From the NCBI GenBank assembly GCA_973895155.1, contig OZ316892.1, positions 20,099,869-20,163,868 of the forward strand: a DNA stretch of 64,000 bases, written 5' to 3'. This DNA comes from Marsupella aquatica (lineage: Eukaryota; Plantae; Marchantiophyta). Position numbers and translations under genes: made by a program. Below the pieces are notes generated by a model that was not told the DNA's origin, did no database searches, and worked only from the letters and a program-made list of their open reading frames with translations. Position 1 is the stretch's first letter; each line of letters begins with the position of its first letter. Of the stretch, positions 13,141-27,156 are shown in pieces.

Positions 13141-14531
13141 TTCTCGTCTTCCAATGCTCGTTCAAAATTTTGTCAACATTTCGTCCACTCTAAAGGAGAA
13201 TGAACGAAGACCGAATGACGACTGAAATCATTATGCAACAATTCCTTAAACAGTGACGATCAAGATTGAGGAAGAGCAAACGAAGACTGAAATCATTGCT
13301 GAACAATTATATTGACAGTGACGATCAAGATTGAGAAATACGCCCATATTAAAGAACCGTTCGATCTCATTCCTCTTATTGTGAATGGCGACGACAAATC
13401 CAAGTCACCTTAGAATCTTATTAATACAGCCAAGAGGCTGGAAGACAACAGTCCAACACCAAAGTGTGGTAAGCAATCTTAGTATTCGCCTCCAGTAGTG
13501 AAATCAACTTCTGGTCAGAGTCATAAACAAAGCCAACAAGGTGTCTTTGCATGCAACAGAACTACTTGAGTGAAGGTCTATCTCAGGTGGCAGGGGATTG
13601 GCTCTGGGATTGAAGCTCAGGTCCAGCTTCCCCCAGGATTGTGGAGGATACAAGAGTGAGTGGCGTGTGCAGTGGGGAGGTACGTTAGATTCTCAAGCTG
13701 AGCTCATATCAGAGCACAGCCCCAGGTTCAATCTTTGGTAGCTCTTGGTACACAGTCGTATTTGTTGGGCTGAGGGTAGGTAGCATGGTTTCCTGTGATC
13801 CGTCCCCTGTGGAGTCTCTTGGCCTGTTAGTAATTCAGATTTGTGGCCTAAATCTATATTGAAGTCTCTAGACTGTCTCTTGGGCTCGAATCCCTTATAT
13901 ATCTTTCTGGTAATTTGTGATATAGAAACCTCCTTGTATGGCCTAAGTCTAGATTGAAGCCTCTAGATTGGAAGTCTGTTTCAGTCACTCACTTCATTAA
14001 CTTTTGGCGTGCAGGGAATGGGGACAAATCACAAATGAGAGTGAATGATAATGAGTCTTTTTATTGCAACTGTTTTTTGGAGTCACCTATATTTACATTC
14101 TTTTGAACGTGTAGGCAAGGAAGTGGTTGTAATGCCCCAGGCATACATTTGTGACCGGCGCAGTGGGGAATGACCTGAGTGATAGTCCACATTTGCTTTC
14201 AAGACAATTTGTAGATACTAATGATTAGGCACTTCAAGGCCTAGATCAAGTGGGTTTTTACCCATTCATGATTCTGTGCCAATTATGGATCTCTACATAT
14301 CCAGTCATTATTGTGCTATTTTGTGTTAGTAGAGTAGTTAAGCTCATTAGTCTAAGGCTCGAGGCCTTGAGAAGAGCCACAAAATTAGTTTGAGGACCCC
14401 TTGGTTATTTAAGTTTCATGTTATTCAACAACCAAGTTCGAGCACATGAAGAGTTAAGTTTGCATACTGAAGTAGCTTTGAATAGGGAGATGAGGGGAAA
14501 AAAATAGTGGATTTGTCATGGTAGTAGTCCT

Positions 14532-15110
14532 TGCACAATGTTCCCTTGGTACTCCTATGTCCATAGAGGCCATGCAAAATGTGTTATAGAAGCGGAAGGG
14601 TTTCTTATATATTCCTTTGGTATTCCTTATCCATAGTAGTTGAAGGGTTTCGTATGTTCCTTGGTGTTATTTTGTCCATAGTAGCCAAAAGGGTTTCTTA
14701 TGTTCCTTGGTGTTGTTTTGTCCATAGTACCCAAAGGGTTTCTGATGTTTGCTTGGTAAATGTTATAGTAGTTGAAGAGTTTATTTCTACCCATGGTTAT
14801 TCCAAATATTGCTAATTAAATAGAAACTCATACAATCTACTGGAAAACACTGATATGCCAATCATAATCCATCCAAATGTTATTTTCTTTTCACCCCTTT
14901 CTTTGTTTATTTGAAAAGTTACTTTCATTTTTCCATTGTTTGTACACTTACAAGGACTAACTGTTTTTTTTACTTGTCTCAAACACACATAGTCTTGTTT
15001 GTACTTTTTGTATAAAGAACCTTTCTTGTTTGTGACCAATAGTGCTGATGTGGCAGCACGTGATTCAAGGGATTTTGGAAGGAGCTTCCCATGGGGGTCC
15101 GTAACTATTG
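14532..15110 (-). mobile_element. Dispersed repeat, probable CACTA-type terminal/subterminal segment (copy 2, inverted)
   Basis: Reverse complement reads caatagttacggacccccatgggaagctccttccaaaatc...cactattggtcacaaacaaga..., matching 4216-4790. Confidence 0.6.
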
Positions 15111-17871
15111 TAGCAACATGTTCAATATGTTGGGTAAGATTCAGTTTAAAACAACCTCCACCTGTGAATGCCTGTAATTTGATTTTGCTTAAGGTACTTG
15201 TGGAGCTAATTTCTATCATACACTCCTTCTGTAGTGTGGCATTTCTCTAATGTTATGGTCTCATCACCAGTGACTGTTTCAAATCATTTGGGGAGTCAGA
15301 AGCATATTGCTAAGAAGAACACTTCATATCTTAGGACAATAATATTTGTGTTCAATATCTGCCTTTGACTTCTTTGTAGTTTCCAACGCCTTCTCCTAAA
15401 TTTTAGAGTCCCTTCAATGCAATACAAGGGAGTTTGACTGCTAATCAGTCTTAGTGATCCCTTTTAGTCCTCATGAAACACAAGTGCCCTCACATTGGAA
15501 GTGCAAGGATCAAACTACAGAATAAATGATTATTAATGTCACCAAGAAGGTGAGTGTATGACACTTACAATGTTGGCTCTGGACTTCCTTAGAGCATTCC
15601 CACCAGACGCGCTAAACAGCTGCCTGGTAAGTGTTTAGTGTGAACGGTGGTGTAAATGATGATTATTGATCCCCATTGTGCCTCGGTAAAACCAAAAGCA
15701 CCATATTTTGGCACTCATGCGGCATTGCTGCATCATGATAACAAACCAATACATTAGTAGTTGCACTAAAAGTAACTGAATCGGACAAGTTGAATAACAA
15801 TGTAGATAGAACAAGCAACATTCAATTAGAAATAATTCATGTGTAGGTAGCTAGGGCTTTAGACTCCAAGCTCTTCCAAAAACCCATTCAAGAATTGTGC
15901 AATATCTCCTTAATTACTTTCATGGAGTCACTGGTGGAGGGCGCCATAGTATGGCTAAATCATGTGGCAGATTTTCTGCAAAGACAGGTTATTTGATAGC
16001 TTCCTGTATTTGCAGTGCTACAATCTACAAACTAGATGAGAATTATGACACTGCTATATGGTGAATCTACCTTTCAAATTTTGTCTTATTTAGATTTTGT
16101 GTCAAGTATTTTGATTTTAATGTGCCTTCACAAGGTGAATTATTTTTATTAATTTTATTTTTAATTAACTTTTACACCCCTTTTAATTTTAGTGAACTTA
16201 GAGTAATTTTAATGTATTTGACTCCCCTCATAAAGGTTTAATGTTTCCTTTTCAATCACTCCTTAGTGAATTTTTTTTCTCATGAGAGAAATGCATTTGA
16301 ACAATGTGCACATCTGGTCTACTAAGTTCTCCTTGTGGTTTCTTTTACAAAATTTATGGTTTTAATTAAGCTGACTGTTATTACCTTCCTAGAAGCAAGT
16401 GAAAATTTGTACTATATGTGCACAACTCTTTAGTACCTTTGTACTTTATGTGTACTTTCTTGATCATAGTGTGATTCTTTGCCTGTGTACTTTTGTGTGT
16501 GTTAGTGTCACTCACTCTCAATTAACCATAATAATTTATTGGCATATATTTTACATGTACCTATTTCTTTTATCATAAAATAAATCACATATCACTACAA
16601 GACAAAAAAAAGAGGCATGTTCCAGGATGAACATGCTATATTGCAGTACTACAATCTACAAATTAGATGAGTCCCACAAATTTGAAGTCTTAGTCATTGC
16701 AGCCACATCTCAATTTGAATAGAAAAGATGTTTTAATAAATTAACCTCAAGACCCACACTATTTGATGACCCACATTTTTGGTTAATGTGGGGCCTCTTT
16801 TTATTTGTGAATCCCTAAACTTGGACAAGGATTGTGCATACACAATATTTATCCACCTCTAGAGGTGCTGAAATTCCTACACAGAAATTTGTGTCCCCGC
16901 CCCTTTCCTTCATAACAAGAAACATGGGATATTAAACTTTATAGCTAGGGTCTGAAGTTCGTGCGCCTTTCCTCCAGGACAAGAGATAAGGCAGACTATT
17001 GATGGATGGTAAACAAAACAAAATAAAAACCAATATTAAAAAAATGCTCTGTCCTCCATAACAAGAAACCAAATGCAATGCTCAGATGGACCACTCCCAT
17101 GAATATCTGCAATCCAGATGGACCAGTCCACTTCGGACCCAAAAAATGCCAATTGTTCTACACAAGAAAAGTACTAACTGAGTTCAAAAAGGCTTCGATT
17201 GCACCATCTACGTTGTGAAAGTCCATCTGGGCAACTCATCAAACGTTCAGGTCCATCGAGGCTTCACTTCTAAGAAACAGGGCTCACTAAAGAACCTATT
17301 GATGGATTGTAAAGAAATTAAAAGTCAGTCTTAAAAAGCTCGCTACTGGTCAGCAGTAGTCAGTGTAACGTCGGCGTAGAGTTACCGAATGACATGAATG
17401 AGCACCTGTAATTACATGGAAGCGCGAGCGAGTAAGAGTAAGGTCACCAGTACGACGCGTACGTTGAAAAGATGGCCATCTCAATCACGGACCGTAAACA
17501 GGAGTGGAAGATCGACTGTTAAATCAACCACCGCGATTCACTTTCCGTGGCGTAAATGAGAGTAGAGTGACATCCAGCTCACTCCAGGTACATACGTGGC
17601 GCGCCAGCACAGGCCAGACCCGCATATTTATCAGCCTTGAAAAAGGACGACCCCTCGTGCTGGCCGCGTTGGCGAAGGTTTTGCTGTCTTCACGACAAGA
17701 ACGACCTCGGTACCTGACCGGGCAACGCCTCATCAACGTCGCCGGCGGTCGCTTTCACGGCGGCCGCCAGAAGGGAAACTTGCGACTAAATATAACGAGG
17801 CCCGTTCCCGGCACACTTCAGCGCCGGGCCGGGATTTCTCCTACCGGGCTACCTATCCCGAGGCCCATTCG

Positions 17872-18586
17872 GTCCCTCTCTATAGATGGTATAATTAAAC
17901 CCGTTAAATCTACATCACGTTAATGCTCTTTCACTTCACTTCCCCGGGGCGCCGTACACTGCCCGTCCCAGTCCCCTATGTTGCTGCCCGCTCCAGCCCA
18001 AGTTTGGCAGAACATAAACCAATACTTTACAATTTAAATCATGTGCTCCGGCCCGATTGACTTTGCGCCATCGACTTCAGGTTTATGTTTTGGCACCCAA
18101 AATGTTTTGTCGGCCGCTCCGGCCCGATTGACTTTGTGCCATCAACGTTTTGGAAGAAGTGTTGCCAAAACATAAACCACCACTCCATAGAGAATAAATA
18201 TTTGGCACAACATAAACCAAGACTTTATAAATCATGACTCTTAACCAAAGTACTAGGTTTGCCCTGAACACTTAGACTCTGTTGGAAAGAAGTGTTGCCA
18301 GAACATAAACCAAGACTCCACAAGGAATAAATAGATGACACAAACTTAAGTCGTCAGGCCGGAGCAAGCGAAGGTGCCAAAACATAAACCCAAAGTTGAT
18401 GACCCAAAGTTTATCGGGTCGGAAGGCTTGACAAAATGGTAGAGTTTTGGTTTATGTTCTGCCAAACTTGGGCCGGAGCAGGCAGCAACATCGGGGACTG
18501 GGACGGGCAGTGTACGGCGCCCTGGGGAAGTGGGGGAGCATTAACGTGATGTAGATTTAACTCGGGGTTATAATTAATAGGGGGAC
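17872..18586. mobile_element. Foldback/MITE with ~150-bp terminal inverted repeats (Mutator-like architecture)
   Basis: 17900-18035 (gttaaatctacatcacgttaatgctc...ggcgccgtacactgcccgtcccagtcccc...aagtttggcagaacataaacca) is the reverse complement of ~18433-18562. Internal aacataaacc repeats. No TSD identified. Confidence 0.8.
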
Positions 18587-21500
18587 TCAAAGAATATAGC
18601 ACACAGGTCACAGGGTGCCTTATCGCAGACCGTGTTTAGTTTCTGTAGGGTTGGCCAAAAAGTGTGTTGTATGGCCGAGCCACTGCCGCTAGCCCGCACA
18701 GTCAAGTCATGTAATTTCTTCTTTTCCCAATGGCCAGTTCCCCCTACCACAGCCTGGCTCTTAAGAGACTGAAAAAAAACCTTGAAGCCATCAAAAGGAA
18801 AAAAAACCTCGAAGTCATCAACAGGTCACTTTGTGGGCAGAGGCCTTATCCTGCAGAAGAGCAAAATGGATGAATATGTGAGACCCCCTATTATAGCAAC
18901 CGGAGGCTTATGGATGATAAATTGGATTTTCAACACAGCTAAAACTCTATGATTTAGAGTGAAAAATCTCCAGAGTGACTCTAGGAGCATGTTTATAGTA
19001 AGTTGGGGTTGGACTGGAAATAGGCAAGGTATATATACCACACTAACAAAGAACAAAAATGTCAAATTAGGAAACAGGATCACAAAGACAGAAGACCCAT
19101 AAAGGAGAGAAAACAACCATGAGCCCAAAAGCCCAATACTCCCTCAATAAAGCACAGCCTGATAGAGTAGCAAATTAAACCCCCACAGGCACAATGGTAT
19201 TTACCCTTTTTATGAACAAGGCTAGGGCACTCATGCTAGTTGAGGGTAACCCAACCACTAGGTAATGGTAAAAAAATCAGGTTTGCTAAAAAATAATTAA
19301 ATGGTTGATACTAATGGAACTTCAAAATCTGGAAAGTTAGTATCAAAGGTCCATATGTCAAAAGAGTGTCTCAAACAGGGTCTCAGAACTTGGCAATACC
19401 CAGGTAATGTCTTCCCGTAACTCAAGAGTTGTGGGAATTCTCATTAAAGTTAGTTCTGGGAGCCAATCTTTGGCTCTCAAAAGAAAAGCATGTGGGCTCA
19501 ACACTGAACCAATAACCTTGACCGGGCCTTAACCACAGTCCATTAGCTTTAAGCTCAAATATTGTTCAAATATTTTGGACTGTAGCTTGTGATGGGGCTT
19601 GAGTGAAATCAATCTGGAAATCCATAAAACTGTGATTTGCTAAGAACAAGATATCCTTGGGGGCCTCACTCTAAAGGGGGTCTCATAGCACGCTCGACCT
19701 TTTCAGCTATTAAACACATACAAAATAAAAGATAAATTAATTTTGGAACTATTTTTTGACCCCTATATTTTTTGAATATTCTAAAAATATTCCCAAAATT
19801 CATTTATAAAACTCTATCTTTTCTTACAATTCTCAAACTTGGATTTTTAAAACCCTAATGTTCTTCTACAAAAATTTAAAAGTATTCTTCCCAACCCAAT
19901 AAACAAACCCTTTACTTACTTTCGCGTGATGCATAGAAAGGAAAGTGAGGACCTTGAGAAGATATCATGTCAGCAATGCTAATTACCTTGGAACAATTTG
20001 TTATTATTACCTGGAGTTCGGGGATGAAAGTTGAAACACGGCTGGGCTTTGAGCCTGGCACTGCTCTGCCTGCTGCATTTGGGGGTGATGGCAGGGAAGG
20101 GGAGGGACATAGAATTAAGACGGAGGTTAATTAGGCCATAACCCCTACCTCATGCGCAGGTACATGCTGCCTCCCCCCATATTTAAAAACTGTTAACCTG
20201 GGGTTGTAACTGGAGTTACAGCATTGAATCCGTAACTCAAGCCTGTGGCCAATTCTGAGATGCCATAATAATCTGTTCATCGGGCACCTTAAAAAGCAAT
20301 AGTTATTTATTCTCCTTCACTCTGTGCGCTTCTCCCTGGCTTGCACTAGTTTCACGTGTTGGCTTTTCAATTCAATGTTTTTAATGAACATCAACTACTA
20401 AAATAACAAACTTAAATCTTCAGGGAAAGAGGGAAGGGAAAGAGGGAAGGGAAATCCCGCCCAAGAAGGGAACCTGGCCTCATCAACGTTGCATGCAATT
20501 CTCTATTCCAGGGTGTGGTAAAGTATGCTTTATATAAGTCCCCCTCAGCCACTGCTAAAATACCACCTCTATAATTGAGGTGCCCATTCCCATTCCCGGC
20601 ATACTCTCTCTATCTCTCTCCCTCTCGCTCCATCCACGGCGAAGTGCAGGCAAACTACAGCAAAGGTGCATTGACAAGGATGAGGTCGAAGGCGCATGGA
20701 ATGCATGGAGGGAGGAGAAACTGATTGGAAACAAAGCCAGACAGCAATTACTACAGTCATAAGGTTGGCAGAGTTCCAGCAGACTTGCTACCTTATCGTG
20801 GGCTTTCTCTCGCACTGCAGGTCAGTCCAACAGCAACAGATATGCTCCATTTGGGCTGTGCTGAGATGATTGTAATGACGTGAATTATTTACCGGTGAGC
20901 GCCACACAACTCACAACCGATGTGGCCTTCAGATAGAATGGGCATGGAAAGCTTTCTCTCCCTGGCGCTGACAGACAATCGTCCAATCATCCAATAGGAC
21001 TGCGAAGGTGATCCCAGTCAGAGGGGAATTTAATTATTAGCTAGAATCACAAATGGGATTAAAGCTTCAGATTGAATAAGATGACCCGCATTATTGTACA
21101 GAACAGTACAAGCTTAATGTCCCTTGTCCCGACTGAGGATCCGTGAACTTTAACACTTGGACCCAGTGGATCTACAAGACTGACATCTCAGCCATCATCG
21201 TAAATGCTTGGGTGGTGGACCATGTCTACGAAAAGGTTGACGAAGACCATAACAGTACCCGACCCTCGAGTCTCGTTTGGATCCGGGTTGAATGTTTTGA
21301 CCTTTTGACCCCTCCAAGAGTCTTGAGAAATAACACTATCACAGTGACTACATCAGTAAGTTTGTGGGGAAAACCATGTGAAATGGAGTGAGAACTGACT
21401 TCCGAAGGCACATTGTACTCACGGGAGAAGATCGCGAACGGGCCCATGTGTTGCGTGATGGCCCGTCCTTTTCCTCTTCACCGACTTCAAACTCCACAGA

Positions 21501-21617
21501 TTGACGAGCTAGTTCAACGTTGTTCTTGACGTCTTGAGACCAGATGAAGAAACAGCTTTCTTTCATAAACCGATAGCAAGGTTGAAAGCAAAGCACTGAA
21601 GTACTAGTTAACCATAA

Positions 21618-21820
21618 CACTGATCTTGCAGTCTATCTTTCCCGGCCGAGACCGAATGCTCTCTCCTTAATTTCTCGACACTATACGGTTAGGAGTCAAT
21701 TGCTGTGCAGCTTACTGTCTTCAATTGTCAAATCTAAAACATAGCACTGATCTCTCTTTCCCGGCCGAGACGAAGTGCTCCCGCTTCAATTTCTCGACAG
21801 TGCTTAGGAGTTAATTGATG
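21618..21820. repeat. ~127-bp-period tandem duplication
   Basis: cactgatct...tctttcccggccgagac...aatttctcgaca...ttaggagt at 21618 and 21745. Confidence 0.75.
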
Positions 21821-24800
21821 TCTTTCTCTGGAACAAAATTTGTTCTCGAGAAGGAGATTTATTCAATCAGTAGAGGCTCTTATGAACGCGTCCGTACCGG
21901 TCCGTAAATGGCGGTACTGCTACAGTATTTATAAAGCAAGGAACCATTCTGTTCTCCCTCCGCAGCTGCTCTCAGCGGAGCCAGCTTCGATTTCTCGAAT
22001 CACTATGATCGATCAGGAGGCACAAGCAAGAAAGACAACCTTCATTGAATGTTACAGTTCACAAGGTTAATTTGGATTTTTGCTTCGTCCGTGGTGAGTG
22101 CGTTCAAAAGCATTGACTCTGTGGGCGAGCTGTACCATGAAACAAAGTAGTCTGCAATTTACAATGTACAAGAAACTTTTGTGCACAATTTGAATGAGTC
22201 CAATCACTTGCTGCCCAAACTTGAGCTGACAGTCCTGAATAGAAACTTGGTTCAGCTTACTGTCTTGCTCAGGCTATGATATATTCCATGAATCAATGAG
22301 ATTCAGGCTATGACTGTATGGTTTCATGATTGGAATCCACCAGACCGGTTTGAAGCCTATCGCGGGTGCTCTTCAGCCTGACAGACGCAAACGTTGCAGG
22401 CTTTTGAAACTTTTCTTAGCTGCTGCAGAGTGATCACCTCTTTCCGACATAGCTCGTCCGCTTGTTTTTTGTAAAAGATGCACGCGCAAAGTTTCATACT
22501 GTAATCCTCGATCAGTTGCAGCACAGATCACTGTCTCGATTGCATGTAGATTTTGTTGCGAATCTCTCGATTAAAAGCAGCGACGAAATGGACGAATGAC
22601 AGACTCGATTCGTATGTAGCATCGATCTCCAAGACCATTCGACGACCTGTTACATAGTAATAATAATATATTGATATCGATTATATTTTTACTATACCAC
22701 ACCAAATGAAACCTACTACCCTCTTGGCTTAGGGTTGTTTCCCCCCCATTGTGCGCTGCTAGGAAACATTTTATGGCTTTCAAGACAAATTAAAAATCCA
22801 ATTCTTACAAAACAAAATGATAGAAAATTCAACTTCTAAAAGATTTTATGGGTGAAGATTGCAAGGGGCGTTTGTCTGGTCCAATTTAAGGTGGGGCCTA
22901 AGAATAGCTCGACATGCACACAAGAGTGTAAGTTAAGAGAAGCCAAAAAGCAACTTTTGGCTTCCCTAAACTTATGTTGTGTTATAGCAGCGGAATTCTT
23001 GGTAATGAAATTAATGTATTTGCTGAGGGCCTGATATCCTTTGCATTTGACTTTTTGTTGCTGTGCTGGCAAGCAACAGGTCGGTGACCCAACAAAGATA
23101 TGACAAAATTGTGGATCCATTCAAGAGAAGCTCTATCATGACATCTACTTAACACACTGTCAAAGTATATATCATTGTGCCAAAGGACAAAAATGTCAGA
23201 CGGGGAGACCTGGTCCCAAAGGCAAAAGAACCCAAAAAAGGGGAGGGAAGAGAGAAGAGAAAAGACCCCAAGAAGACCGATGAGGGCCAACAAGCCATGG
23301 AGTCCCCAACAACAACAAAGGAACAAAAAAACAAAGATCTAACCCACTAACACTAACACAAGGAAGCCCAAAAGACTTGTGTTGGGTTATGCTTGCTCCC
23401 GGAGTAAATGCTGGATGTGATTGGTGAGTAGCCAAGGGTGAAGGCTCAGCTAAGCGAGCTGCTGCAGCAAGCCCAGGTGTCAGAGGATTTACTTGTGAGG
23501 GTGAAGGGGTTAAAAATTGACAAAAATTGTCATGCGGGATGGTAGACAAGCTTGTAGGGCAACTAGAAGAGAGTAAGGAGTGTGCAGTGGCAACTTAAGC
23601 CAGGGCAGGGAAGCTGAGCTGACCCACAAGTTATGCTGGAGCCTGAGTTAGTACAGAGCACTTCTTTCCCATTTTTACACCAACATCGACTCACAACCAC
23701 AGTACAGCATTTGCCTTGCAGAGTCTTATCAAGAAGCTTCAGAGTTACCAGCAACGAGAGATTAGTGTTTTGAGGTGTCACAACCAAGAAAATTCCTCCT
23801 GGATATATTAAAGTTGGCCATACCTACTTGCTGACTCCCAAGTCAATGCCTGACAATCTCACTCATACCTGGTAACACTTCCACAACTTAACATCACTTA
23901 CGATCCACAATATTGTGGAATGCACTCTACTTGGATAGAGCTACCCCTGGGCATACTACTCAAGTACAAGAACGAGGCCTTGATTTGTTTGGGGAAGACA
24001 ATAGCCCTTGCAGTGCCATGCACCATTTTTCTCATTGTAAAATCAGAAATAGCACAAAGTTCTTTGATCCTCATTATCCATAATGCCTTGTGCAAATTTT
24101 CTGATTACCAATCATAGGATGGCTCTACAAATGTATAAAAGTATTTGGGTAATTGAACACGACACCTATGCTATTCTGTGTGGTTCATATATAAGTCAGA
24201 TAAATTGAATGAGCGAAAAATTTAATGTCAATTTTGTTCTGGTGGAAGGTCAAGGCTAGCAACCTTAGGTAAAGTGCATCAAAAGAACAAGGAATGGACT
24301 ACGAGGGTACACACATTCAAGTCAATGGGCGTACTTGAATATATTTTCCGTGCCTGAAAGCCAGTGCATTTTCGTTTTCTGTGCCTGAAAGCCAGTGCCA
24401 GTTGTGTAACACTGGTTTGCAGGCCTGGTTTCCTTCAGTATGGTAAAATATTCATTTTCTTCAAGAGTATGATAGCCACAATGGATTTGAATATTTGACA
24501 AGATGCCTGGATGGACCAGGTCACTTTGTAAGGCCTTGTAAGGTGGTACTGTGAACCATAACACCCTCCAAAATGAGGGCTGTAGATCAAGCTTTGAGAA
24601 GCTAATATTGCCCATAAGGCCCTCGTAGCAAGGACCTAATACACTTAAAGCCCTAAGAGATTACATAATTTTATTTGTGTAGTTAAAGTAGAGGAGAAGT
24701 TTTATATTGCCCCCATCCAGGTCTGGACTGTGCAATCTCTTCTCCATAAAGCACCTAAATTGTCAAGAAGACCCAGGATTGGAAACATGTGGTAGAGATG

Positions 24801-25593
24801 TCTGCTTTTCCTTTGTCTGGGTTTTTGGAATTATTTCATAACAGATATAATAATTACTACAAAATGGTTATGGACCAAAGTGGTGCTTGAATGGACAACT
24901 TCCGTGAACCTTGCAACCCAGATGGAGCAGGTCACTTTTGTCGATGCCGTTGATTCACAAAGGGAAAGTAGACATATCCGACGAGACAAGGCCAATTGAA
25001 AATGAATAGTTTATTCTGGCCATTTATGTGGAAACGACTCGACATGGAACTGTACAAGTTCTTGGCATTGCCTTGCAGGAGAGCAGTTGGAAAATGTAAT
25101 GTCAGGCTCAATAATCGGTCAGATCTGGAAACTCATGGCAAGTGGTACAGGAGCAAGGTCAGTACATCTTTTTCAAGGCATGGGTTGTGTTTGGCATGCG
25201 AAAAATGGAGATTCCGCTTCTATGCTTTTTCTGGCTTGAAAATTCTCCCGTGCGAGACCTTTTCCCAAAGAACAAAAGGGGCCAACTCCGTGGAGGCCGC
25301 GAAACGCAATGATAAAATAAATAAAATATATAGATTAAAGAGCCGGGGCGACCTCCGCCCATGCTGGACTCGTAGCCTGGCATGAATGGGGACCGGTCGC
25401 CCTGGACTGAAGGGAAGGGGCCGTCGCGGAGGGTCGTATCACATTGTCCTCGGGCAAGCAACATATCATTGTCTTCGTATCGTCCACGTCCCTGGAATTA
25501 GGGATTCCTTATTCTCATGTGGGCGACCCCTTTTTCCAATCGTACAATAATAGTAAAAATTTGAAAGTCCGGATTCATACTGGGAGCTGCGCG

Positions 25594-25607
25594 TTTTCCC
25601 GGGAAAA
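25594..25607. promoter_or_regulatory. Palindromic double E2F-type site upstream of DP
   Basis: TTTTCCCGGGAAAA matches the plant E2F consensus WTTSSCSS on both strands and lies in a GC-rich promoter-like island. Confidence 0.45.
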
Positions 25608-26384
25608 TGCACCGAGCCAGTGGGACCGCGCCACGGCACGCCGGGCGGGGCGAGGCCAGGCCGGGCCATGGAGAGCAGTCGGCCCAGGAGGAGGAGGCAT
25701 GGCCCTTGCTCGCCTGCCTGCTCCTTCATTGAATACAGGACCTGAGCACCCGGTAGCACCGACGACGGGGTCATTAACCCGAAACACCGTGCACACGAGA
25801 AGGGGCGGAAAACTCCAAAAGTATGATGATGGAAATTGATGGGCCCCATTTCCAGCCAATCCGGGGCCCGGAAAATGTTCGATATGGCAATATCATGGAG
25901 CGTAATCGGTGTAATTGCTGATAAATTTAGCGACTAGTCTAGGATACCGGGTATTGGCGGTGGCCAGGGCTTTGCCATGGGCTGGGCACCGGTGGTCGCC
26001 GGTGGTCTGGGGTCTTGTCCCCCGGAGGAGGCCTGGACCCTCGATTTGGGGGACAGGAGGGGGGACGGGGGGGAATCGGGAAAGAGTGAGTGATGGATTG
26101 GGCTTTGGTGTTGGGAGGGTATAGATCGGTCCCGTGGCGCTAATGTTAGGTTAGATGGAAGAGAGATTGGAGAGTGGAGGAGGGGGGAGACGAGAGGGAC
26201 TTGTGATTTGAGAGAGCGAGTGCCCTCCTGGGATGGCGAGGGCGCCCGACCATCATGATTCCTCGAGGTTTGTTGCATTTTTCGCCAGCCATGGATTGAC
26301 GGATTGGAAAAGCGAAGAAGAAAGAGCTGCGATCAGTCGATCATGCTCATTGTGTGTGTTCAAATCGAAATGTGGAATGCGGTT

Positions 26385-26392
26385 TTTCCCGC
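26385..26392 (+). promoter_or_regulatory. Canonical E2F site TTTCCCGC in the DP 5' leader
   Basis: Exact TTTCCCGC match. Confidence 0.4.
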
Positions 26393-27156
26393 GGTTATTT
26401 TTGAGCTTGCCTTCTCTGCTTCTTTTGGTTCGTTTGTTGCTGTAGTTGTTGTCGTCGTCGTTGTTGCTGTTGCTGTTGTTGATGATGATGATGTTGTTCA
26501 GTAACGGGAGGTGTTCGTCGTCTTCTTCTTTTCTCCTTCCTTCTTTTCTTCTTCTTAGCCTTGTCCGGTTTTGCTCTCGGTCGTTAGACTTGTTCGTAGA
26601 GGGGCTCAGCTGCGGCAGAGTGTGGAAAGCTTCTCAATTTGTGGCATTTTCGTTTGGGCAAGGAGCTTGAGAGGTTCTCTGCTGGCTGGATGAGTCGAAG
26701 CTTGCCCAAAGAAGGCGGCGAACGAGTTGTTGGGGGTTGGTGGCTTTTTCCGAAGCCGATGTCTTTCTGCTTGGTCTTTCTCTCTTGGACAGGAAGAGTG
26801 GTAGCAAGGACTCTCTCTGGCATCTGGCTGGGAGGCCTAGATGGCTCGCGAATTAGGAGGTGCAGGAGGGGCGCAGGGGTGGTGTCTGTTCTGTTTGTTT
26901 CATTTTGCCGTTGGAAGCATTTGAGAGGATCCCTGTGAGGACTAGGTTATTTGTGCCGTTTTTCAGTTCGATTTGAGCTGTCAGTTTGGAGTACCCCAGT
27001 GAAGACATTGTCGCTTGATTCCCTTCTTGATGTTCCCGGTCCTAGTTGCTGTCTATATGCGTTCTTTGGACTGTTCTGATATTGGAATGCTCATCTTTTC
27101 CTTTCCTTCCCTTCACCGGACGGATAGAGATGCTGAGATGTGGACTGTTTGTGCAG

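Noticed and set aside
15592-15945. Possible Tourist-like MITE (gagcattcccaccag...ctggtggagggcgcc)
   Set aside because: The TIR match is weak and the flanks (tta / ata) differ.
16593-16610. Orphan CACTACAAGA terminus
   Set aside because: No partner TIR or TSD found.
20320-20865. Partial resemblance to miR408 (cttctccctggct) and to the miR529 complement (gggctgtgct)
   Set aside because: Only 10-13 nt matches and no precursor hairpin.
23000-24120. Possible MULE post-SWIM and LINE ORF1-like remnants (VDPFKRSS..; WIELPLGILLKYKNEALICLG)
   Set aside because: Too degenerate to assign without a profile search.
25159-26938. Many overlapping ORFs in the GC-rich and simple-repeat region
   Set aside because: Low-complexity promoter/5' leader of DP with no domain signal.
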